Of a stretch of DNA of 64,000 bases, positions 26,414 through 40,460 are shown one piece after another. The first letter of the stretch is position 1. Each line of letters begins with the position of its first letter. Made by a program: the position numbers and the translations under genes. The notes beneath the pieces are model-generated. The model did not search any database. It was not told the DNA's origin and worked only from the letters and a program-made list of their open reading frames with translations. The stretch spans positions 6,262,001-6,326,000 of the forward strand of contig JAQFVV010000002.1 of assembly GCA_028023455.1 (NCBI GenBank), given 5' to 3'. The DNA is from Epiperipatus broadwayi (lineage: Eukaryota > Animalia > Onychophora).

Positions 26414-27066
26414 TAATTTTAAATCCAGGCCCAGAAACACAGAGGTAGAGCATAAGATCAGACTGATGATGATGATCGAGATAAGAGTGGCCCAGGAATT
26501 ACATTTATTGAAGTTATATTTATCAATGCTAAGCCATTAGCTAAAGAAAATAATTCTAAATATTAACTAGAAGAAAATAATAATTCAAAAACCAGGATTT
26601 GCATGAAATATATATTTGATAAAATGTTAAGAAAATGCATGTATATGTAACAAAATGTTTCACGCTTGGGATGACGTTGTCTATTTACAAACCTTGGAAT
26701 TTATTTTTATAAAATCTCCTTTACATTAATTATTTAACGGACATAATTTTATGGAGTGTGTTATAGCTTGTGCGGGGTTAATATGTCAATTTAAAGATGT
26801 TTTCAGATATAATGTTGTGGATGCATAAAACACATATAAAAGATTGTGACAGGTTGAGATGACTAATGACATAAATGGTAGTTTGCGATTTAGTAGTAAA
26901 TGATTTTAGTAAACAGGCAAAATATACAATCTTAATCATTTATCTAACTTATGAAAAAAATCATTATATATATATATATGTATACATAAGGACAAAACAA
27001 TGCGCTACATTTATGAGAATAAATAAGTTATAGTTTAAATCAACATATTGAATAATTAACCGGATT

Positions 27067-27222
27067 GCGTATTTTATAAAATGAGTCATTGTGTTCAACA
27101 CATCATTGTGGTTAATTAAGGTTAGATAGGAGGTGAGCAATCTAGCGTATTTTATAAAATGAGTCATTGTGTTCAACACATCATTGTGGTTAATTAAGGT
27201 TAGATAGGAGGTGAGCAATCTA
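27067..27222 (+). repeat. 2 x 78 bp tandem repeat (also at ~31297-31452)
   Basis: gcgtattttataaaatgagtcattgtgttcaacaca...gagcaatcta occurs twice. Confidence 0.95.
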
Positions 27223-28077
27223 ATGAGAAGAGTAATGGTACTAGCATACAATACAGAAATTCGGTCCTCATAGCGGTTTTAGATATTTCATCATTTTACA
27301 AGAATATTGGAAACTCACTTAGGTTGGTACATTCACCATTCTGGCATAATGGTACAGAAAATGGAGAGGTCTTGTTTGAAGGCTCTTAGCCAGCTGTACA
27401 GTTATCTGCAGCACAAACAAAACCTCACACCTCGTGTTTCACAAGTAGCATATACTTCTGATTAAGAACGGTTTGGAGAAAGATACATAGGTAACTTTGG
27501 ACTTCGAAATTCCCACATGACTACAAAATGGAAATGCCAGCAACATTATTAGAGATGAATATAATCAATAAATATATATTTTTTAAAGCATGGAAATATT
27601 CTAATCTCAGCATGATGATCTGTTTTAGCCATGAATCATTTAAAAAATTATAATTAATCATATCTCCTTTACTTATAACATTAAACAAGCAAAACTTATA
27701 TTTAATTTTTGATTCCCATATACATTTTTAGTAACAGAACTAACCCTCTGGCAAACGGCAAGATGGGATGATAACAATATTAAGGTTCATGATCTTTTAA
27801 ATGACAATTTAGGAATAAATTCAAATACTAAAGTAAAAATATGCATCCACAATAAAATATTTTAGATAAGAAAAATGTGAATAAAGATAAGAAAATATGA
27901 ATAAAAGATTTAAATATGAAGCCCCTGGATGAGTGATATTGTCATATTGATTAAAGAGCATAAATTGTCTACATATATAAAATGAATAAGTTAAAAATAT
28001 CTAATGGAGCTGCACAAAGTTATATATAAAAGTTCATGTATGAAAGGTAAGTTAAAAATTACACTAAAATAGTAGGG

Positions 28078-28082
<5 letters not shown>

Positions 28083-28110
<28 letters not shown>
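28083..28110. repeat. (GA)n microsatellite (paralog at ~32320-32346)
   Basis: Read directly. Confidence 0.95.
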
Positions 28111-28113
<3 letters not shown>

Positions 28114-30646
28114 AAGAACAAAATTAACAGGAGTTATACTCCTAATACATTAATGAAGTCATAGTTCCTTTACATATTATACAAATTTAAAGCAGCTCCT
28201 TCATTAAGTAAGGGTTATCTCAGGAAAGCACAGCATAGCAGGCAGCAGTCAGGGTCAACACTTCAGACAGTCATCTTGTGTGGATGGTCAGATGGATGGA
28301 ACATGGCAGCAGCAGGCAAACAGTCTAAGAAAAGGAGAAAGGCACTGGATTCTTTCTACTCATAGTTCATGGCACCGAACTTGAGGTAATTCTTTTTAAA
28401 ATTTGACGATCCCCTAAAACCACTTTCTTGAGTCTCTGTGAAAATTTACTAACTGACTCAAATATGCTGAAAGAATTTAGTAACTAAATGACTTCTTTTG
28501 TACTATAAGGACTTTTATACATTTTGTTAATCCCCCCCAAGAATTGCATTTCACTTGCCCACAGTTATCCTTGTAATCTCTTGATTTCAATTATAAAAAA
28601 AAAAAATTAATTAGTAAAAATTTTTTAAAGGTTCAAAATACCTTTTAAGATAATTTAGATATGATATAGATTTGCAAACAAACTAACAAAAAGATTCCTC
28701 ATAATTTTAATTAAGATTTATAATTTTAATTAGTGAAAATGAATCTGAATACAGATAAAGTATCATTTGGAAGTTTGTTAATGCTTTCCAAAAGTATTTT
28801 CAAACCTTTCTCATTTTTCTTTTTTGTTTTTAAATTCCATCACTTTAATTAAAATACATATATAATAAAAAAAATATATAGTTAAAACTATATAAAGAAA
28901 ATGTTTAATTTTCAGCAATAATATTGCTGATTATTGTTTTTGTATATATATCCATACACCATGTACACCACATACCATGTACACCACTGTTTTATTTTTA
29001 CTAAATATTTTTATAGCTTTTCTTAAATTATTATAATACAGTGTGTGGGTAAAATGGCATATATCTGTGGTGAGAGATCTGAATTGGCCTTGCAGGGAGG
29101 TTAGTATAGCTGACGAAGCATAAAGCTTGATGTGATTAGAAAAACATTGAATCAGCTTCAATATATAATATATTTATATAACATGGATCAAAACACTATT
29201 CTAATTTACTATAATCTAACTGCAGCTAATTAGAAATAAATCCTTTCACTTACTGTTCACTAATAATAATATGTTAAAGGGCAGTACTTTTACCATTATT
29301 ATCAACACTAATGTGTTTTAAGTCTGGAAATCCTTAAAGCATTTCAAAATAATAATAATAATAAGATGAGGGTGATCTGTTATGACCCAGTTTTCAGCTT
29401 ATTGATTTTCAGGAGTAAAGATCCCTTTGCAATAAGACCTCCTCTGTTGGGTGTCTTACACCACTTCACACTTATGTTACACTTGCTTTGAAGGTGCATG
29501 AAGACAATAATGTGTTGCTTTTTCCCCAGTTATCTTACTTTCAGTTCTTTGATTTTTTGGAGTAATAAATTTTATTGGGGAAATTTTCATCTGGTGGGTG
29601 TATTATCAGTTTAATCTTGCCTCTGTAAGTTTACTTAATATTTCAACTCATACTTAATTAAATTTCCTCCATTATCTGATATTTATTTTTTACTTCTGAT
29701 GATAATTACTGTACAGAATACGCTTTAATTAAATATTTTATATTAGAGATATTTGATTAATCTTATCTCCTTCTATTTATTATTTATTCATTTTTTTATT
29801 TATTTCCACTCTGTAAATTAATGTCATAACTTATTTAAAAAAACAGTAACTTAGTTCATTAAATACATATATTTCAACATTCATTAATAGTTAATTCTAA
29901 AAAGTATATACTCGTAGCAAAAACATTATTTTTTTATTCCTAGATTTGATTTTTTTAGATACAAAAATGCTTGGGAACAGAGATATATATACCTTGCAGC
30001 TGTATACACATCCAGGTGAAAGTCTAATAAATATATAAAAAAAGAATAAAATAAAAAAATAATTGGCAGTGGATTCAACAAAGGCAAATTTATGAGAAAA
30101 TAAAATCAAATAAAATATGAATTGTAAAACATAATTCACTTTATTTTTGATATGAAAAATTTTGAATGTATCATGACAACAAAGAACTTGCAGCTAATAT
30201 TTATAATTGCATGCATATTCATTTTAATGGAAGAAAACAAAAAGTAATCACATATGGTCTTGAATGTAGGCTACTGTCAATTATTTGTTTATTACTCGGC
30301 CACAAACCGACATCTCATCTAAGCACTCCAGTTACTTTTACATATTGTTTCTTTTCCTCAATTGCTGAAACATTTAGGAAATTCCCAGAAAGTAACCCAA
30401 GTGATGAGCTGAGTTTTAGGTGATACATCACAGTTACATTAATTAATGAAAAAAAAACCACTACATTCTCATATAGGTAACTGCATCCAGCTCACAAGGA
30501 ATGTATATTACTAATGCAAGACCTTGAAACAAGCCAATATGTTAAGATTAAAGTATTATATTTAACGATAGTTTGCATTGCAATAATTTCAAATTTTGTT
30601 GGTAAGGGTATAAATATAAATTAAAAGTAATAGGCCTGTACAAATT

Positions 30647-31146
30647 NNNNNNNNNNNNNNNNNNNNNNNNNNNNNNNNNNNNNNNNNNNNNNNNNNNNNN
30701 NNNNNNNNNNNNNNNNNNNNNNNNNNNNNNNNNNNNNNNNNNNNNNNNNNNNNNNNNNNNNNNNNNNNNNNNNNNNNNNNNNNNNNNNNNNNNNNNNNNN
30801 NNNNNNNNNNNNNNNNNNNNNNNNNNNNNNNNNNNNNNNNNNNNNNNNNNNNNNNNNNNNNNNNNNNNNNNNNNNNNNNNNNNNNNNNNNNNNNNNNNNN
30901 NNNNNNNNNNNNNNNNNNNNNNNNNNNNNNNNNNNNNNNNNNNNNNNNNNNNNNNNNNNNNNNNNNNNNNNNNNNNNNNNNNNNNNNNNNNNNNNNNNNN
31001 NNNNNNNNNNNNNNNNNNNNNNNNNNNNNNNNNNNNNNNNNNNNNNNNNNNNNNNNNNNNNNNNNNNNNNNNNNNNNNNNNNNNNNNNNNNNNNNNNNNN
31101 NNNNNNNNNNNNNNNNNNNNNNNNNNNNNNNNNNNNNNNNNNNNNN
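30647..31146. other. Assembly gap, 500 N
   Basis: Run of N of round length. Confidence 1.
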
Positions 31147-32314
31147 GCAAAATATACAATCTTAATCATTTATCTAACTTATGAAAAAAATCATTATATA
31201 TATATATATGTATACATAAGGACAAAACAATGCGCTACATTTATGAGAATAAATAAGTTATAGTTTAAATCAACATATTGAATAATTAACCGGATTGCGT
31301 ATTTTATAAAATGAGTCATTGTGTTCAACACATCATTGTGGTTAATTAAGGTTAGATAGGAGGAGCAATCTAGGGCGTATTTTATAAAATGAGTCATTGT
31401 GTTCAACACATCATTGTGGTTAATTAAGGTTAGATAGGGAGGTGAGCAATCTAATGAGAAGAGTAATGGTACTAGCATACAATACAGAAATTCGGTCCTC
31501 ATAGCGGTTTTAGATATTTCATCATTTTACAAGAATATTGGAAACTCACTTAGGTTGGTACATTCACCATTCTGGCATAATGGTAATAGAAAATGGAGAG
31601 GTCTTGTTTGAAGGCTCTTAGCCAGCTGTACAGTTATCTGCAGCACAAACAAAACCTCACACCTCGTGTTTCACAAGTAGCATATACTTCTGATTAAGAA
31701 CGGTTTGGAGAAAGATACATAGGTAACTTTGGACTTCTGAAATTCCCACATGACTACAAAATGGAAATGCCAGCAACATTATTAGAGATGAATATAATCA
31801 ATAAATATATATTTTTTAAAGCATGGAAATATTCTAATCTCAGCATGATGATCTGTTTTAGCCATGAATCATTTAAAAAATTATAATTAATCATATCTCC
31901 TTTACTTATAACATTAAACAAGCAAAACTTATATTTAATTTTTGATTCCCATATACATTTTTAGTAACAGAACTAACCCTCTGGCAAACGGCAAGATGGG
32001 ATGATGTACCAATATTAAGGTTCATGATCTTTTAAATGACAATTCTAGGAATAAATTCAAATACTAAAGTCAAAATATGCATCCACAATAAAATATTTTT
32101 AGATAAGAAAATGTGAATAAAGATAAGAAAATATGAATAAAAGATTTAAACATAGAAGCCCCCGGATGAGTGATATTGTCATATTGATTAAAGAGCATAA
32201 ATTGTCCACGTATATAAAATGAATAAGTTAAAAATATCTAATGGAGCTGCAACAAAGTTATATATAAAAGTTCATGTATGAAGGTAAGTTCAAAATTACA
32301 CCAAAATAGTAGGG

Positions 32315-32350
<36 letters not shown>

Positions 32351-34845
32351 AAGAACAAAATTAATAGGAGTTATACTTCCTACCACATTAATGAAGTCTA
32401 TAGTTCCTTTACATATTATACAAATTTAAAGCAGCTCCTTCATTAAGTAAGGTTATCTCTTAGGAAAGCACAGCATAGCAGGCAGCAGTCAGGGTCAACA
32501 CTTCAGACAGTCATCGTGTGTGGATGGTCAGATGGATGGAACATGGCAGCAGCAGGCAAACAGTCTAAAAGAAAAGGAGAAAGGCACTGGATTCTTTTCT
32601 ATTCATAGTTCATGGCACCGAACTTGTGTTAACTTTTTAAAATTTGACGATCTCTAAAACCACTTTCTTGAGTCTCTGTGAAAATTTACTAACTGACTCA
32701 AATGTGCTGAAAGAATTTAGTAACTAAATGACTCTCTTTTGTACTATAAGGACTTTTATACATTTTGTTAATCCCCCCAAGAATTGCATTTCACTTGCCC
32801 ACAGTTATCCTTGTAATCTCTTGATTTCAATTTAAAAAAAAAAATTAATTAGTAAAAATTTTTTAAAGGTTCAAAATACCTTTTAAGATAATTTAGATTT
32901 GATATAGATTTGCAAACAAACTAACAAAAAGATTCCTCATAATTTTAATTAAGATTTATAATTTTAATTAGTGAAAATAATCTGAATACAGATAAAGATC
33001 ATTTAAGTTTGTTAATGCTTTCAAAAGTATTTCAAGCCTTTCTCATTTTTCTTTTTGTTTTTAAATTCCATCATTTTAATTAAAATACATATATAATAAA
33101 AAAAATATATAGTTAAAACTATATAAAGAAAATGTTTAATTTTCAGCAATAATATTGCTGATTATTGTTTTGTATATATATCCATACCATGTACACCACA
33201 TACCATGTACACCACTGTTTTGTTTTTACTAAATATTTTTATAGCTTTTCTTTAATTATTATAATACAGTGTGTGGGTGAAATGGCATATATCTGTGGTG
33301 AGATCTGAATTGCCTTGCAGGAGGTTAGTATAGCTGGCGAAGCATAAAGCTTGATGTGATTAGAAAACATCGACTGCTTCAATATATAATATATTTATAT
33401 ACATGGATCAAACACTATTCTAATTTACTATAATCTGACTGCAGCTAATTAGAAATAAATCCTTTCACTTACTGTTCACTAATAATAATATGTTAAAGGC
33501 AGTACTTTTTACCATTATTATCATCAATGTGTTTTAAGTCTGGCAACCCTTAAAGCATTTAAAATAATAATAATAATAAGATGAGGGTGATCTGTTATGA
33601 CCCAAGCCAGCTTATTGATTTTCAGGAGTAAAGATCCTTGCAATAAGATCTCCTCTGTTGGTGTCTTACACTACTTCACACTTATGTTACACTTGCTTTG
33701 AAGATGATGAAGACAATAATGTGTTGCTTTTTCCCCAGTTATCTTACTTTCAGTTCTTTGATTTTTTGGAGTAATAAATTTTATTGGGGAAATTTTCATC
33801 TGGTGGGTGTATTATCAGTTTAATCTTGCCTCTGTAAGTTTACTTAATATTTCAACTCATACTAATTAAATTTCCCTCCATTATCTGATATTTATTTTTT
33901 ACTTCCTGATGATAATTACTGTACAGAATACGTTTTAATTAAATATTTTATATTATAGATATTTGATTAATCTTATTCCTTCTATTTATTATTTATCTAT
34001 TTTATTTATTTATTTCCACTCTGTAAATTAATGTCATAACTTATTTAAAAAACATAACTTATTTCATTAAATACATATATTTCAACATTCATTAATAGTT
34101 AATTCTAAAAAGTATATACTCGTAGCAAAAACATTATTTTTTTTTTCCTAGATTGATTTTTTTAGATACAAAAATGCTTGGGAACAGAGATATATATACC
34201 TTGCAGCTGTATACATCCAGGTGAAAGTTTAATAAATATATAAAAAAAGAATAAAATAAAATAATTGGCAGTGGATTCAATAAAGGCAAATTTATGAGAA
34301 AATAGTACTAAATAAAATATGAATTGTGAAACATTTTCACTTTATTTTTGATATAAAATTTTGAATGTATCATACAATAAAGAACTTGCAGCTAATATTT
34401 ATAATTGCATGCATATTCATTTTTATGGAAGAAAACAAAAGTAATCACATATGGTCTTGAATGTAGGCTACTGTCAATTAAGTGTTTATTACTCGGCCAC
34501 AATCCGACATCTCATCGAAGCACTCCAGTTACTTTTACATATTGTTTCTTTTCCTCAATTGCTGAAACATTTAGGAAATTCCCAGAAAGTAACCCAAGTG
34601 ATGAGCTGAGTTTTAGGTGATACATCACAGTTACATTAATTAATGCAAAAAAAAAAACCACTACATTCTCATATAGGTAACTGCATCCAGCTCACAAGGA
34701 ATGTATATTACTAATGCAAGACCTTGAAACAAGCCAATATGTTAAGATTAAAGTATTATATTTAACGATAGTTTGCATTGCAATAATTTCAAATTTTGTT
34801 GGTAAGGTATAAATATAAATTAAAAGTAATAGGCCTGTACAAATT
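31147..34845 (+). repeat. Copy 2 of the gap-flanking duplication
   Basis: Starts exactly at the gap end with gcaaaatatacaatc (= 26917) and ends ...ggcctgtacaaatt (= 30646). Confidence 0.95.
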
Positions 34846-35629
34846 TTTTTTGCCATTTGCATTAACTAGAGACTTTTATATTAACATTTCTGTATTGCAA
34901 ATATCTTATTTTGCAACAATTTACACATTGAAATGTCTATAAAATGAAGACTAAGGCAGTATAATTCAAAATAACAGAAGTACAAACTAAATGATAAATT
35001 TAAGAAATATTTAAATTACTATGTATACTAGATAAGTTAAATTTAAGGAATATTTATAACTATGATTGCTCTTAGAATGTCAATCATGCACATTGACATC
35101 AGCCAAAGGATTAATCTATTGCTTTCATTATAATAATTTTTACACTTAGTTACTCTAAAAAATAATATAAACTATGTATAAAATAAATATTAAATAAGTT
35201 TCTTTACAATTTTTACATTAGTTGTTTAAGTCATTAAAGTTTGTATATATAACTGGTGGATGATTTCTGTTGAGAAATTGTTTTGAAATTTGCAATATTT
35301 ATGTTACACCAAAATTTTTGTGCTCATAAAAATTATAATGCCATGTCTCATTAGCAAGGATGGTTTGGATAATGTATCTATTTACTACCTATATATGAAA
35401 TAAAAAAGACAAAGAACTTGATTATGTTTTTATGAAATTTTTTATAATATTTATTTAACATCTATATACAACAGAAGCATGATTATTTAAGGATAGACAG
35501 AAAATAAAAATGTGAGACAGCAATTCATTTTTGATTATAATAAAGTATAAAAAAGTGATTTCACAAAAAATAACTATTAAATCACAATGGTTACTTATTT
35601 ATTAAAAGACTACCAAACACATTAACTTT

Positions 35630-36120
35630 GTTACTTTCACCTAATTAGGAGAAACAATCTCATAGGTTAATTACCTATTATTTATTATCTTAACTGTTTT
35701 ATGCCATAAGGCTTTTCAAAATAATATTCTAGTACAAATTCGTGTTTGAACATGAGGAGAGAAATATATTCTTATGAGTAAATTTCTTATTCATACTCCT
35801 CTACAAATAAGAGATCAATAATTACAGTTATAAAATTTAACATTTGTTTTAAATAACTAAGAGCGTTAAGTGTTTTACATTTAATTACCGCCTCTACTTA
35901 TTCTAGCGTTTTAGCAGAGAGAGATGCCTACACTAATTAATGTTATTGGAATTTCTCATCACAGATAAATTTTAATGATATCAAATAATATAAACACTTA
36001 ATTAAATTTTACAACTGCAGTTTTTTTTTTATAATTTTTACTCTACACTTTAAAATTATACACACACACATTTATTGCATGTAGATATATTTATATACAA
36101 AACACACACACAGAGATAGC
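35630..36120 (+). repeat. Family X-associated segment; paralogs at 42150-42660 and 60215-60480
   Basis: Shared cctaatta.gagaaacaatctcat...cttttcaaaataatattctagtaca...tttctcatcacagat...catttattgcatg. Confidence 0.8.
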
Positions 36121-37269
36121 ACCCTTTTATTATTTGTACAATATATATTGTAAGAATTAGACAGTTTAATCCTTAATTTAGTTATAGTTTTTTTTTTAAA
36201 AGAATGTGTATTAAAGAAAAAAGGAATTTTTTTATATATATTTTAAAGAATAAGCATCTTATAATACTTTATATGTGTATCTATTTGAATGTGGAAATAT
36301 TTGATATATGCTGCAATTTATTTTTTTATATGTATAAAATGTTTCAATTTTCTTTAATATTATATTTTTTGACACCTTTAAAAGTGATATTTTATTTAAA
36401 GTTGCTTGAGAATGTAGTATAAATAAATAAATAAAAAAGAAAGGAGGTAACTGAATTATATTAAATGGATATTATAAACAATGTTAATGTCAAAAATAGC
36501 TATTTGTAAAAATTGGAGAACAAATTTGTAATCTATTTTTTTTTTTATATTCATTTCAATTTTTTTAAATTATCTGTATTATTTTTTTAAATACTTGATG
36601 TTTTCAATTGGACCCTTAAAATGTTCTAAAAGAAGTTAAAAATTGGAAAAAGATTATCATCCAATGAGTGCATGGATCTGATAACTAACAATGAAAGTTG
36701 AACAGTTCATGATTCAAAGAATTTGATAATTTAAAAATGCTATGGAAATTGCCGATTCAATAGGAAAATTGCAAGTAGGGGTCATAAATATTATTTTTAT
36801 AACTACTGTTACTTTGTTTATACTTCTATATGGTTTAACAAAATTTTGTTTTGTTAATTTTGCTTCATTTTATTTTCTGAAAAGGAGAAAATTCATTTAA
36901 AATCTATAAGATCCTTAAGATACATCAATAAACAACTCAGCATTCTGAGGTTTGCTTCCTCTTTGTTGTTATCTGCCAAATTACATCAGTTGGAGATTAT
37001 TAATGCAAAGATGTATATATGAAAGAATAATTGTAGTAACAACTATGTGTCCATACCCCTGAAAAAAATAATATCATGACTTGAAATACATTTTCAAAAA
37101 CTTTTAATTAACTCCATGTGTTCTACCTTATTATTATTCTGCAGAAGTAAATATTTCACAACTAGCTGAAATGAGTCCAGGTCTGTGTGCTCTACAAACA
37201 AGACAACATTTAGCCATCCCAACACTGGTCATCCAAGTTTTAAAGATGAAATATAGACTTTGAAGCTAT

Positions 37270-38830
37270 TATTAAGTTGGATTCAGTCTCACTTCGTTTG
37301 GATTATTGATGAGGAATTGATTTTCATTCTGCATAATGAAATAGTCATTTGAGTATTAAAATAATAATATAGCAGAAAATGAATGAAACTTTTTCAATTA
37401 ATGATGAGATCAGAGAACAGATTTCTTTGTTTTACAATTTTTAATATAGTAGTTAGCTTTGAATATCTAAGAAAAAAAACATTATTTGTTTTATAGCTAT
37501 TTAATAACCTTCTCCAGAAATCTTTCTTCTGAATACTGTGAGATTTTTAAAAAATTAAAATCTTGAATTTCTCATTTTTATTTACAAAACAAACATGTTC
37601 TTTCTTTTTAAGTGAAACATTTTGTTGAACTTTAGAAAGGGGAAAGGATATTATATTCAATACTAGCTAAATAGCATCAAGTAGTAAAAAGCACTAAATG
37701 TAAATGAAACTTAAAAAAATGATTTCTTTACCTGTAACAAATTAATACATTTCAGTGGATAAAAATTAAAGGATTTAATATTCCTAGAAAATAAAATCTC
37801 TAATTGTACACTTATTTTCGAGCTGTGTATCCAAATTCATCACACACATGTTTTAGCACACAATGTTCATTGTAATTTGTGTTATCATTGCTAACATTTT
37901 TTGTACAAACACTTTATTAGAATATCTGTAGTTTAAATAACAGTCCACTTTCTGCAATAGATACATTAATTTTGTCAAATCTGATGCACATATAGGGTAT
38001 TAATGAGGGGTAGATTAATTCATATGTCATTTGATTGGGATTACATTATACATACAAAAACCTGTGCCAACAGTATGTTATAATTTTAAAGATAGTTTGA
38101 CTGCTACCATCAACTTAGAAAATTATTTTTCTAGTGATAAATGCAATCCTGCATGTCTTGGAGTCATCATTATTTTAAGACTTATCTTTATACTTAGATT
38201 GTTTTAATTACTGTGGATAAACCACTGGTGCAGTTTCTAAATTGATAGGTGAATTATTTATTTCAGCCAGATCAATTCATTTGTCTGCTTTTGTTTTGGA
38301 AACTCTACATCTTGTAATTAATATGCTACACATGTTGGTTTTCTAATGGAGTGTACTGTATCTAATGACTTATTCCACTAAACTATCAAAGTTTATTATT
38401 TCTTCTCATTTGCTATCCAATAATCAGCTGAATTACTAATTTTAATATTACTTTCAAAATCTTATCAGAATATCTTGTATTCATATATTACCTCTAATTT
38501 TAAATTTCTTCTTATCAAAATTGTCTTTATCTCATTCTTAATAGGCATTGACACTGACATGTGTAAAGAATTTCCTATGCATTAGCATTTTAGCTAGTGT
38601 CCTTTTAGTAGAAATACAAGAACAGAAAAGCAAAATCTGTACTATCTTTCAAAGCTTAAATGATATGTTTATAGAAAATTTTATTCAGTGTTGCAATAGA
38701 CCATTTGATTTAGTGTGATACAGTCATCTTAATATATGGTATATTTGCTTCCTAGAAAAACATTTTTAAAATGCAGTGACACAAAACCAATTCCATTATT
38801 TGACAATTTAATCCAGGATATCTCTGCCAT
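37270..38830 (+). repeat. Uninterrupted copy of repeat family X (further partial copy at 41350-42130)
   Basis: Aligns to 15140-15629 plus 21124-22200 and to 41600-42130. Confidence 0.85.
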
Positions 38831-39099
38831 GTGAGTTTTCCATTTAAAGCTTTAATAGTATAATCTATGTTTGTGCTTCTGACAATACTGTCAAATAACT
38901 ATTTTTATATGTTATTCATCTTTCAAGGATTCTGATGTGTCACTCTCACTTTACCAAATTTACTTTTTTGTGTTTATCCAAAAAATAGAATACCACTGTT
39001 CACTTTTTGCCTGATAATGCATGTTTCACAAAAATCATTATCTGTGCTTTGTATAAACACATACGTATACATTATTTATTAAGAGTAAATAAAAGTGGG

Positions 39100-39430
39100 C
39101 TCTTAATAATAATATGCTTAAATATTCCAGGAAAGAGACAATTAATTATGCAGAAAGGAAATAAAATTTACTGAAAATAGCAACAGGCTAATTTAGATAT
39201 TATGAAAAATTACTTTATATAAATTAACCAAACTGATAAAAAAAATCTATAGAAGAATTAAGCAGTGTGTTTGATGGTGAAATAGGAAAAAGAATAAAAG
39301 TAAACTAATAAAAGTTAAACTAGTAAAGTGAAGATCTGGTATTAATTAAAAAGAGCTCTAGTCAACTATCTATTTGAACTATCTCTGATAAAATGTTTGG
39401 GATCAGTAAGGTGCTTACAGAAATAAAGTA
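39100..39430 (+). pseudogene. Short Gypsy pol fragment (PR-RT linker)
   Basis: IEELSSVFDGEIGK resembles the Gypsy pre-RT segment EEF.DVFDG.LG. Confidence 0.45.
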
Positions 39431-39577
39431 ATAACTGTAAAGTTAAAAACTAGAGAATTAAAGAAACATTATATATGTTAATTTCTAAGGAGATAATGAA
39501 CTTTAAAGAAATCTAAGTTATTTTATATTTAACTAGCAAGCCAACAAGTTGAACTACTAATATCTTAGTAATACCAA

Positions 39578-39785
39578 TTATGATGATGATGATGATGATT
39601 ACTATTATTATTACTATTATTATTATTATTACTATTATTATTACTACTACTATTATTAGTATTACTATTGTTATTATTTTATTGTTATATCATCATCACC
39701 ACTACTACTATTATTGTTATCATCATTATTATTATTGTAGTTATTATTTTATTATTATCATCATTATCACTATTATTATTATTCA
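39578..39785. repeat. Compound trinucleotide microsatellite (ATG)n-(ATT/ACT/ATC)n
   Basis: Read directly; it explains track ORFs 39580 and 39668. Confidence 0.95.
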
Positions 39786-40204
39786 GAGTAAATAAACTCT
39801 TGAAGTTTTATTTAAACATTTGTTATTTCTCATTATTTAATAAATATAAATATTTCAGTTGATAACTGACTGCTTGGCCTGAATATATTATATGGTGCAA
39901 ACAATAATTAAACTTCTAAACATCACATGATCACTATCTCATAGTTTAGTGGTTTAACACCAATCCTGCCTAATAGGATAATGGTGGCTATGGTTGTTAA
40001 AGAGCCAAAGACACCAAAATGTATAAGTGCTGAATTGAGTTCAGACCCATATGACTATATAAGCTATTGAGCTTGGATTGAAAATATTAATAGTGTTTTC
40101 AATTTCATTCTCATAGTTTTGTAGTTAAATAGAGTTAAAAGGTGGGTGCTGGAGGGTTGCATTAGATCCTAAGATCTAGGTGCAGTGCTCTCAGATCCAA
40201 GGCT

Positions 40205-40244
40205 CCTCACTGATGAAGGCCACAAGCCAGAAACTAGTCTGGGG
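40205..40244 (+). ncRNA. Minimal type I hammerhead ribozyme motif (Penelope-type), complete core
   Basis: CCTCA-CTGATGA-A-GGC(CACAA)GCC-A-GAA-ACTAGT-C-TGGGG: stem I CCUCA/UGGGG, palindromic helix III ACUAGU; predicted GUC cleavage after 40239. Confidence 0.8.
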
Positions 40245-40460
40245 ATATTGGATGAGTAGGCATTAGATAGGGATTTTATGACAAGCCTTCTGGCATCCAT
40301 TGATTGCTCTTGTTAGCACAAGATGGCACTACTATATGGAGAGTGTTGTTTTGTTTTGAATTGTTTAATAATTAAACTTGTGAAACTTGAATATACTATT
40401 TGGCACAGATCAACAGTTAACCTATGAAACTTAAAGGATTAGTAGGAGATATTAGATTAA

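Larger units (their letters stand above)
26917..30646 (+). repeat. Copy 1 of a ~3.7-kb near-identical tandem duplication flanking the assembly gap
   Basis: Collinear with 31147-34845; ends exactly at the gap. Confidence 0.95.

Noticed and set aside
26417-26500. 5' LTR of the minus-strand Gypsy element (starts TGTAAT)
   Set aside because: Only ~90 bp, and no matching 3' LTR was found near 23.2-23.6 kb.
27290-27560. GC-richer coding-looking stretch (and another at 28220-28390)
   Set aside because: All frames have stops; no motif or consistent splice pair could be supported.
29100-29150. CTGACGA-AGC(ATAAA)GCT hairpin
   Set aside because: No GAAA directly after stem II and no stem I.
30166-30423. 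85-aa ORF repeated at 34405-34620
   Set aside because: No recognisable motif; it recurs only because of the gap-flanking duplication.
30548-31169. Long track ORFs of 203 and 182 aa
   Set aside because: They span the N gap and are artefacts.
39580-39862. Poly-I/T and poly-Y/H ORFs
   Set aside because: Translation of a trinucleotide microsatellite.
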